In this document: one piece after another, positions 56,437 to 64,000 of the stretch
How positions within the stretch are numbered: the first letter of the stretch is position 1
Layout: every line of letters starts with the position of its first letter
NCBI GenBank assembly: GCA_965224195.1
Contig: OZ245040.1
Coordinates: forward strand, 832,001-896,000
Length of the DNA stretch: 64,000 nt
Direction of reading: 5' to 3'
DNA from: Nitrosopumilus sp.
Lineage (GTDB): Archaea; Thermoproteota; Nitrososphaeria; Nitrososphaerales; Nitrosopumilaceae
Position numbers and translations under genes: made by a program
The notes under the pieces: generated by a model
Databases searched by the model: none
What the model was told of the DNA's origin: nothing
What the model saw: only the letters and a program-made list of their open reading frames with translations

Positions 56437-57585
56437 TTATTTTTTGTATCCTTTAAGAAAATACAATGCGGCTGCAATTGCAACAATTGTGATAATGGTT
56501 ACAACAATTATGGATTCATCAAATTCAAATTTTCCAGTTTGAATATTATTTCCACCTAATGAAAATTTTAATTTGTCTGCACTAACGGATGTTTCTTCAC
56601 CAAAAATGTATTTGCCTTGAATTCTTTCTCCTTCTTGAGGATCAAAAATCCATCCTTGTTTTTTAATGTCTGTGGGAATTTTCTCATCGTCGATAATTTG
56701 TGTTGGAACTATGTTTCCCTTAATGTTTGAAATATTGATACTTTCAGGCGATAAAATAACTATTTGAATGATTGAATTCAATGGATAAAACCCTGTAGAA
56801 AAATAATCTGATCTTTTGATCTCTTTAATTTGTAGAAATTCTAATGGGCTAATTTCTGATATTGTTGAAGCCTTGTTTGGATAGTTAACTGATAATTTTA
56901 ACTGTAAAAGAGATTTTGAATCTAATGGGACTATTGAGAATACTATTTTTGCATTTTCATCAAATGATAGTTTTTTAGCAACATCATAAAATCCTCCACC
57001 CTCTCTGATTATTTTTGGAATTAAGATTGTTGAGACTTTTTCATACATTGAATTGGTATCTTCCATTGGTAATGTGTACACTGCAGAAATTACTCCTTTT
57101 CCAGAAATAGCTCCTGAGGTTTCTAACGCTTGATTTGTTTTATCATCTGTATGTACAAAAACTGAATGAAATTCAGCATTTGTATCAAAAATTTGATTGA
57201 TTTCTTCAATGTATGTCTCTGCAATCATTTTTGTAGAATCTTGGATGGCGATGATGCCTCTATCCTCCATATTTCGTTTTACGTTAATCATAATACATGA
57301 TTGATCGATTACTCCAAGAACGCATTGATCTTGATTGGTGAATATGATTGCTGTTATTCTTTCATCTGCTCTAATGTTCTGTTCTAACTCAACTGGAATT
57401 TTAATTTCTTGAATACTGGTACTTTGTAAAGTTATTGAGGCTGTAACATTCTGAGATATACTCCTATCTACAACTATCTGTGCATTCTCTTGAAATGTTG
57501 CAAGATTTATTTCTTGAGCATATGTAAAACTAGTTGAAACACCTATCAATATGCTTAATGTAAAGAAAAGGATCTTTTTTTGCAT
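56437..57585 (-). CDS. Exported, C-terminally anchored hypothetical protein
   Basis: Signal peptide and C-terminal TM plus KK. Confidence 0.75.
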   Translation of the reverse strand: MQKKILFFTLSILIGVSTSFTYAQEINLATFQENAQIVVDRSISQNVTASITLQSTSIQEIKIPVELEQNIRADERITAIIFTNQDQCVLGVIDQSCIMINVKRNMEDRGIIAIQDSTKMIAETYIEEINQIFDTNAEFHSVFVHTDDKTNQALETSGAISGKGVISAVYTLPMEDTNSMYEKVSTILIPKIIREGGGFYDVAKKLSFDENAKIVFSIVPLDSKSLLQLKLSVNYPNKASTISEISPLEFLQIKEIKRSDYFSTGFYPLNSIIQIVILSPESINISNIKGNIVPTQIIDDEKIPTDIKKQGWIFDPQEGERIQGKYIFGEETSVSADKLKFSLGGNNIQTGKFEFDESIIVVTIITIVAIAAALYFLKGYKK

Positions 57586-57726
57586 TGATTGTCTTTTTAA
57601 AATGAAATTATTAAATTTACTCTTTTTTTGTTCGTATTACTCATTATTGTAATATTTTTTTTATTTTTTAATAAGAATATGTTATCTGGTAACTAATATT
57701 CTCATTAATACAAATATCTGGATAGT

Positions 57727-58299
57727 ATGGCACTAATTCCGATTCTAGTAGATCTTTTCCTTAATCCAGTTATTCAACTAATTGCAATTTTGAGCGCTTT
57801 TGGAATTGGGTTGTTTCAAGGAATAATTCTTGGTAGGGCAATATTGATGAGATTTCCTCGTCTACAAAATCATGTCAAAACTGTATCTATCACAATGTTT
57901 GTCTTATTTTTAATAAATGCAATTTTGAGTGTGCCGAGATTTGCTTCCCCTGATAAAGTGAGTCTGTCAAATTTGTCTGCAAATTCCACCGGTGAGATTG
58001 CATCTGGTCTTTTTTTGATTTTTGGGATGAATACTGGATTTTTGACTGTATTGGCAATTTCTGTAACTGTGATGAGCTTTGTTGTATTGAAGTTTACAAA
58101 TCTAACCGGTATCGCCAAAGGATTTATTTTCTTTTTCAGTGCACTTTTGTTAATATTGACTGCTGTAAGTCGTTTCACTGATCTTACACCTACTGCCTTT
58201 GAAGTTTTATTGTATTTTCTGTATCAGTTAGGAATAACTATTGGAATCCTTATAGGTTCTATTAGGAAGATAAAACCTAAAAAATCAAACTTGAAATAA
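57727..58299 (+). CDS. Multi-pass membrane protein
   Basis: About 5 TM helices. Confidence 0.75.
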   Translation: MALIPILVDLFLNPVIQLIAILSAFGIGLFQGIILGRAILMRFPRLQNHVKTVSITMFVLFLINAILSVPRFASPDKVSLSNLSANSTGEIASGLFLIFGMNTGFLTVLAISVTVMSFVVLKFTNLTGIAKGFIFFFSALLLILTAVSRFTDLTPTAFEVLLYFLYQLGITIGILIGSIRKIKPKKSNLK

Positions 58300-58339
58300 T
58301 TTCAAACGTTTAAATCAGATTATCTGTGGTTTTTAATTG

Positions 58340-58403
58340 ACATCGAATTCAAACCGTTCGGGGAACAAGCCGGCAGTCCATGCGTTGGACTGTCGGCCCC
58401 ATT
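58340..58403 (+). ncRNA. Candidate GC-rich structured small RNA
   Basis: 12-bp hairpin gccggcagtcca-tgcgt-tggactgtcggc (58369-97), outer ggg/ccc pairing, small 5' hairpin, TATA-like tttaaat near 58308. Confidence 0.5.
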
Positions 58404-58414
58404 TATTCTAAAAA

Positions 58415-60187
58415 TTAATTCAAAGATGCGAGTGTATTTACTTGCTCTTTTACGTAATCAAACCCTTCTTGCCAGAATTTTGGGCTAGCAATATCAAATC
58501 CATACTCTGAAAGAAGTTTTTCAGGTTTTTTAGAACCTCCAGCTTCCAGAATGCTCATGTATGCTGGAACAAAGTCTTTGCCTTCCTTTTTGTATCTCTG
58601 GAATAATGATAATGCAAGTAAATTTCCAAATGAATACGCATAACAATAAAACGGAGTATGATAAAAGTGCGGAATACAACTCCATTCTATTGCAAAGTCA
58701 TCTGACAAACTAACTGAATTCCCAAATTGAACTTTAAGATTTTTTAAATATGTTTTTGATATTTCGTCTATTGTGGTTCCTTCTCCAATTTGTTTATGTG
58801 CGTCAACTTCAAAGATTGTAAAAAATGATTGTCTTAGTATTGTGGCATACAAATCATCAATCTTTTCTGATAACATTGACTTTTTCTCATTGTCTGAAAT
58901 TTTGTTTGATAGGTTATCGTACAAGAGTAATTCTGAAAAAGTTGATGCCGTCTCAGCTAAAGGCAGTGGTGCATCTTGAACAAGAATAGATCTGTCTTGT
59001 GCTGCTTGACTGTGTACTGCATGACCCAATTCATGAGCTAAAGTAAATACATCTCTAGATTTGCCTGTGAAATTTACCAGTACGTATGGTGTAATTTTGG
59101 GAGTTAAAGTGCTACAAAATGCTCCATCTCTTTTCCCCTGTCTGATATCTGAATCAATATGATTTTCATTGAATACTTTACGTGCATACTCTTCTAATGT
59201 ACTGCTGAATTTACCCAGTGACTCAAAAACTAGTTTTACAGATTTATCGTATGAATAATTTTTTTCTTTAATGTTGGCAGCAGCTGGGGCATACAAATCA
59301 TACCTTCGTAGTTTCTTCATTTTTAACATCTTTGCTTTTTGAACAAAGAATTTTTGAAAAATAGGCGAATTTTTTTTACACACTGAAAGTAGGGATTCTA
59401 TGGTTTTGTCATCTACATCATTTCCGATATTCCTCATTGATATTGGCGATTTGTATCCTCTAATCTCGATTCCTTCATCTTTCCAATTCTGAACAATATT
59501 TTGATAAATTTCTCCCACCACTCCTTTGTTTTCAGAATATTTTAAAAGAATTGTTTTGTAAGCTGTTTCTCTAGTTTTTGGATTTGTACTTCGAACATAA
59601 TTTGTGAGTTCTTCCCTTGTCATTGATTTGATCTTATTTCCAACTTTCATTTTGTATTCAAAAGAATTTGTTATTTTATCATACAGTTTTACAAGTGCAG
59701 ATATTCCTGTCACATCTAATGTATTTATGATACGTTCTTCAGGTTCGCTTAATGCATACTTTGCAAATAATCTTTTATGTGAAAGATATTCTGTAATTTC
59801 TCCTGCATCTTTCATGAGTCTTTTGGCATTTTTTTCATCTACTTGTGTTTTCCACCATAAATCAAAAAATAAAATCTTGTTTGATATTTCAGAACCAAGT
59901 TTTGACATCTTGGTCATTAACGATGTTGCTTCATCTGATTGTGTATCTGAAGAATATGATAGTGATGCATAACCGCCAACCTTACTCATATTTTCTGAAA
60001 TTTTTTCAACTTGATGAAGAATATTCATAAATTGTTTAGATGATATTTTGGGATTTAATTTTGATTTGATCTTTTCAAATTGTTTTGCCTGCTTTTCTAA
60101 TTCTTGAATTTGTTTTTGAAATGCCGGACTTTTTGGATTTTTTACTAATTCTGTTAGATCCCATTTGCCTAACTGATATGATGACAT
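58415..60187 (-). CDS. pepF: Oligoendopeptidase F (M3B)
   Basis: WDL, GKRDGAFC, TLAHELGHAVH, AETAS, IPHFY..FY.Y.Y. Confidence 0.92.
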   Translation of the reverse strand: MSSYQLGKWDLTELVKNPKSPAFQKQIQELEKQAKQFEKIKSKLNPKISSKQFMNILHQVEKISENMSKVGGYASLSYSSDTQSDEATSLMTKMSKLGSEISNKILFFDLWWKTQVDEKNAKRLMKDAGEITEYLSHKRLFAKYALSEPEERIINTLDVTGISALVKLYDKITNSFEYKMKVGNKIKSMTREELTNYVRSTNPKTRETAYKTILLKYSENKGVVGEIYQNIVQNWKDEGIEIRGYKSPISMRNIGNDVDDKTIESLLSVCKKNSPIFQKFFVQKAKMLKMKKLRRYDLYAPAAANIKEKNYSYDKSVKLVFESLGKFSSTLEEYARKVFNENHIDSDIRQGKRDGAFCSTLTPKITPYVLVNFTGKSRDVFTLAHELGHAVHSQAAQDRSILVQDAPLPLAETASTFSELLLYDNLSNKISDNEKKSMLSEKIDDLYATILRQSFFTIFEVDAHKQIGEGTTIDEISKTYLKNLKVQFGNSVSLSDDFAIEWSCIPHFYHTPFYCYAYSFGNLLALSLFQRYKKEGKDFVPAYMSILEAGGSKKPEKLLSEYGFDIASPKFWQEGFDYVKEQVNTLASLN

Positions 60188-60395
60188 CTGAGTTTGTTGT
60201 TTTGTAACTATTAAAAAATGAATATACGAATTGAACTATTCAAGTTTCTTCATTTTTTGGAATTTTTTAAGAAATTTTGTCAAAGTTCTAAATTTTAGAA
60301 AATTTATTCCTAAAAACTAGGCTCGATCTTTTTCTCAAAAATTACCAAATAAGTCGTTTATATAGGAAATGATTAGCACAAAAGGAGTAATCCTT

Positions 60396-61328
60396 ATGGT
60401 TCAAGAAACTATCAATGCAGATTCGACCTGTGGTCGTTGTGGAAAAAATTCCATGCTAACTGACAATGTTACTGGAGAAAGATTCTGTGGAAAATGTGGT
60501 TATGTTATTACTGAAACTTTACAAGATTCTGGACCTGAATGGAGATCCTTTTCAAAAGAAGGTGGAGCAGATCCAACAAGAACTGGTGCTCCTACATCAT
60601 TAGCAATGCATGATAGAGGTCTTGCAACAATTATCAGTCCTATGAATAAAGACTCTTCTGGAAAACCACTTACATCTACAATGAAGAGTACAATTGAAAG
60701 ACTAAGAACTTGGGATAGTAGAAGTAAAGTCAATGCTTCATCTGACAAAAATCTTAGACAAGCATTAAGTGAATTATCTACATTAAAAGACAAACTTTCA
60801 TTATCTGATGCAGTTATTGAAAAAGCATCATACATTTACAGAAAAGCCTTAGAGAAAGGTCTTGTAAAAGGCCGTTCTATCTCTGCATTAATTGCTGCAT
60901 CTCTATATGCTGCATGTAGAGATACTGAAACTCCAAGAACACTAAAAGATGTTTCAGATGCAGGTAACATTAAGAAAAAAGACATCTCTAGATGTTATAG
61001 AATTTTACATCAAGAATTGGAATTAAAAATGCCTGTAGTTGATCCAGTACAATGTGTTGCAAGAATTGCAAGCTCTATTGGAATTACAGAAAAGACAAAA
61101 CGATTTGCAGTTAAAGTATTAAAAGATGCACAAGCCCATGAAGAATCTGCAGGAAAAGATCCTATGGGATTGGCAGCTGCAGCCCTTTACTTGTCTTGTG
61201 TAAAAAATGGCGAAGATAAAACTCAACGAGATATTGCTGAAGCTGCAAATGTTACTGAAGTAACAATTAGAAATAGATACAAAGGCTTAAGATTAGACCA
61301 AAATATGGATATGATGGGAGGCAAATGA
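60396..61328 (+). CDS. tfb: Transcription initiation factor IIB
   Basis: Zn ribbon CGRC...CGKCG, GPEWRSF, two cyclin folds, VTEVTIRNRY; aggag upstream of ATG 60396. Confidence 0.95.
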   Translation: MVQETINADSTCGRCGKNSMLTDNVTGERFCGKCGYVITETLQDSGPEWRSFSKEGGADPTRTGAPTSLAMHDRGLATIISPMNKDSSGKPLTSTMKSTIERLRTWDSRSKVNASSDKNLRQALSELSTLKDKLSLSDAVIEKASYIYRKALEKGLVKGRSISALIAASLYAACRDTETPRTLKDVSDAGNIKKKDISRCYRILHQELELKMPVVDPVQCVARIASSIGITEKTKRFAVKVLKDAQAHEESAGKDPMGLAAAALYLSCVKNGEDKTQRDIAEAANVTEVTIRNRYKGLRLDQNMDMMGGK

Positions 61329-61329
61329 G

Positions 61330-61890
61330 ATGACTCAAACTAAACCTATTATTGCAATTGTGAATGTTGTAGCCTCTGCAACAATTGAACAAAAATTAGA
61401 TCTTGTTGATATTACTAAAAAATTCCCTGCAGTTGAATACCATCCAGAACAATTCCCAGGTGCAGTGTTCAGATTAAAAAGTCCAAAAACTGCTACATTA
61501 CTATTTGGTTCAGGAAAGATGGTATGTACAGGCGCTAAATCTCAAGAATTAGCTGAAACTGCTGTGTTTGAAGTAGTGAAAATCTTACGAAAGGGCAAAA
61601 TCAAAATTAAAAATGATCCTATAGTTTCAATTCAAAATATTGTATCTTCAATTAATCTTGGTGGTAAAGTAAACTTGGAGCAAGCTGCAAGAACTCTTCC
61701 TAGAAGTATGTATGAACCAGAGCAATTCCCTGGATTAATTCACAGAATGCTTGATCCAAAAACTGTAATTCTAATTTTTGCATCAGGTAAACTAGTCTGT
61801 GTTGGAGCAAAACTTGAAAAAGATGTTCACCGTTCTGTCAACCAAATCCATGCATTACTTGAAGAAAAAGAATTAATGGTTTACGATTAA
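61330..61890 (+). CDS. tbp: TATA-box binding protein
   Basis: NVVAS, Y.PEQFPG x2, F.SGK.VC.GAK x2. Confidence 0.96.
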   Translation: MTQTKPIIAIVNVVASATIEQKLDLVDITKKFPAVEYHPEQFPGAVFRLKSPKTATLLFGSGKMVCTGAKSQELAETAVFEVVKILRKGKIKIKNDPIVSIQNIVSSINLGGKVNLEQAARTLPRSMYEPEQFPGLIHRMLDPKTVILIFASGKLVCVGAKLEKDVHRSVNQIHALLEEKELMVYD

Positions 61891-61923
61891 AATCATAAAC
61901 AATTCCTTATCTAATCTCTAAAA

Positions 61924-62187
61924 TTATTCTGGCTGATAATATTCCTCATGAATATAGCACCATTTCCAAATATTATCTGGAACTGCTTGCATTACAGGAT
62001 GTCCTGTTTCTTCAAAATGTTTAGTTGCATGTTTACCAATTGATGAATCACAACAACCAACATGCCCACATGTTAAACACATTCTAAGTGCAACAACTGG
62101 GAGGTGCTCTTTTTCACATTCTTCACAATTTTTTATATTTTGAGAAACTTTTTTTCCTTGTCTGAAATGTTCACATTCTTTTGTCAT
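61924..62187 (-). CDS. UBP-type zinc finger protein
   Basis: CEH, CEEC, LRMCLTCGHVGCCDSS..KHATKHF, WCY. Confidence 0.9.
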   Translation of the reverse strand: MTKECEHFRQGKKVSQNIKNCEECEKEHLPVVALRMCLTCGHVGCCDSSIGKHATKHFEETGHPVMQAVPDNIWKWCYIHEEYYQPE

Positions 62188-62188
62188 G

Positions 62189-62725
62189 CTAATATTTTTT
62201 CAAAGTATCTTTGTATCTGTTTATTGATTCTATGATTACGATTTTAGCTTCTTTAGCTGATTTCCATCCTAAGATTTCTACTTTCTTGCCTTCTAACTTT
62301 TTATACACTTGAAAAAAATGAGCAATTTCTGAACGATAATGATCCTCAATGTCTGTAATATCTGCTGTGTAAATATCTTGGATCGTTTGTTGCAACACAG
62401 ATTATTTTATCATCAAATTCCCCATCATCTTTCATTTGGAGTAACCCTATTGGTAGTGCTTCAATTAGAATTCCTGGATATGTTGGATTTGTAACTAGCA
62501 CTAGTGCATCAAGGGGGTCTCCATCTTCTGATAATGTTTGGGAATTAATCCATAATCTCCTGGATAGTGAAATGGTGAAAATAATACCATGTCTAATTTT
62601 ATCATGTTATGTTTTTTATCATATTCGTACTTGTTCATAGATCCTTTTGGAATCTCTACTATTGCATTAATAATTTCAGGAACATCATTACCTGATTCTA
62701 TGTCATGCCAAAAATTCTTACTCAT
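62189..62725 (-). pseudogene. ppa: Soluble family I inorganic pyrophosphatase with two frameshifts
   Basis: EIPKGS.NKYE, YPGDYG, DGDPLD, DDKII, FF..YK.LE spread over three frames; 1-nt loss near 62541 and 2-nt loss near 62368. Confidence 0.85.
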
Positions 62726-62828
62726 TTTCTAGCTCTTGGTTTAGATATTCAGTATATGAATTCTATGAAATAATCTGTATGTTTAATTTTAGTGAAAATC
62801 TTTTATTCTGTTTAGATGTGATTTTTTT

Positions 62829-63398
62829 ATGGCAAAAATTGTAGTCATTGCAGGTTCTGTTAGGTCTGAAAGACATGGAATCAAAGTAGCCAAATGGGTT
62901 GTATCAAAACTAGAAGAAAAAGGTCATCATGTCTCACTTGTAGATCCTTTAGAATTGGGTTTGCCAATACTTGACAAGATGTACAAAGAGATGGAATCCC
63001 CTCCTGAAAAATTACAAAATCTACAAAAAATCATTAAAGAAGCAGATGGATATGTCCCAATTACGCCTGAGTATAATCATAGTATTTCTTCAGCATTAAA
63101 AAATACATTAGATTATTTTCTAGAAGAATATTTTTTCAAACCTTCTGCAATCATTTCATACTCTGTGGGTTCGTTTGGAGGCGTTACGGCTGGAAATCAT
63201 CTCCGTCAAATATTGGCAGAGATGGGAACGCTTGCAATTTCTTCACAACTTCCAATTTCTAAAGTTCATGAGGTATTTGATGATGGTGGAAAGTTATTAG
63301 ATGAAAATTATGAAAGAAGATTTTCTAGATTTTTAAAAGAATTTGAATGGTACATGTCTGCATTATCTAAACAGAGAGAATCTGGAACGCCTTATTGA
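62829..63398 (+). CDS. NADPH-dependent FMN reductase
   Basis: GSVR, TPEYNHS...LKNTLD, GSFGG. Confidence 0.9.
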   Translation: MAKIVVIAGSVRSERHGIKVAKWVVSKLEEKGHHVSLVDPLELGLPILDKMYKEMESPPEKLQNLQKIIKEADGYVPITPEYNHSISSALKNTLDYFLEEYFFKPSAIISYSVGSFGGVTAGNHLRQILAEMGTLAISSQLPISKVHEVFDDGGKLLDENYERRFSRFLKEFEWYMSALSKQRESGTPY

Positions 63399-63821
63399 TT
63401 ATACTAAATTATTAGCATTTGGGATTACTTTGTAAATTTTTACAGTATAATCTCCTTCAAAGATATTTACAAATTCCCCTGAATTGGAATCCAAACTTCT
63501 AACTCTGAATTTGTATTCATAAGAGCCATCTCCTTTAGTATCTACTTGTGCAAAGTGAACTGGATCTTCTCCTTTGTAAAATTGAATAATTATTGGATAT
63601 CTTTCAGAAACATCTGATGCTTCTCCTCTCACTGTTCCCCATGGCAGTTTGTTATCTTCTGGAACATTCATTGCTGTAATTGTTTTTTCCAAACTAATCT
63701 CCTCATTAATTGGTGTAACTGTAATTTGGTTTGATTCAGCAGAAATATTTCCTGGAATCGTCATGACTCCTAATACTGTCATGATTGATGCAATTAGCAA
63801 AATGTTTGATTTTGAACTCAT
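63399..63821 (-). CDS. Exported hypothetical protein
   Basis: Signal peptide; Ig-like YPIIIQ...AQVD..GDGSYEY. Confidence 0.7.
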   Translation of the reverse strand: MSSKSNILLIASIMTVLGVMTIPGNISAESNQITVTPINEEISLEKTITAMNVPEDNKLPWGTVRGEASDVSERYPIIIQFYKGEDPVHFAQVDTKGDGSYEYKFRVRSLDSNSGEFVNIFEGDYTVKIYKVIPNANNLV

Positions 63822-63887
63822 ACTATCTTCGTTTTTTCAAAGTCATTTAAAAAATTTGTTATTAATTTGTACTAGTTTTGTTCCTAG

Positions 63888-64000
63888 TTATGGTAATTCA
63901 TCTTCCAAGTCACAACATGCTTTGTGAACCCATTGATCTTTAGAGTTTTTTAGAATATCTTTACCTGCTTTTATGATATCGCCACATTCAACACATTTTC
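63888..64000 (-). CDS. 3' end of small CxxC...HxxC zinc-finger protein (starts outside window)
   Basis: ...KCVECGDIIKAGKDILKNSKDQWVHKACCDLEDELP*. Confidence 0.6.
   Translation of the reverse strand, partial: KCVECGDIIKAGKDILKNSKDQWVHKACCDLEDELP

Noticed and set aside
62189-62725. Programmed frameshifting to express ppa
   Set aside because: Would need two independent shifts, and a key Arg is also substituted; pseudogene or error is simpler

Overview
This is an AT-rich chromosomal window from a Nitrosopumilus-like ammonia-oxidising archaeon (Thaumarchaeota/Nitrososphaerota). The assignment rests on an AOA-type NirK, a degenerate FtsZ, cupredoxins, archaeal ribosomal proteins, rpoE'/spt4, nurA-herA-mre11-rad50, TFB/TBP and CDC48. 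Most of it is core housekeeping genes, with a few accessory genes and several micro-ORFs missed by the ORF track. RNA genes are tRNA-Thr(UGU), a double-guide C/D-box sRNA and two or three other candidate structured RNAs. The most unusual signal is two unrelated loci, 50675-50783 (intergenic) and 54994-55102 (in frame inside a DsbA gene). Both have exactly the same geometry: perfect 37-bp direct repeat, 35-bp unique insert, 37-bp repeat (72-bp period), with CRISPR-like GT...AAC ends, and there is no cas gene in the window. They look like scars of ectopic spacer integration or a similar ruler-type short-DNA integrase. Other notable points are a pseudogenised soluble PPase in a genome with a K+-independent membrane H+-PPase, a half-size DOHH-like HEAT protein, an HEPN-motif accessory pair, and a candidate RNA switch ahead of a DEAD-box helicase. 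All calls come from reading motifs; no database searches were run.
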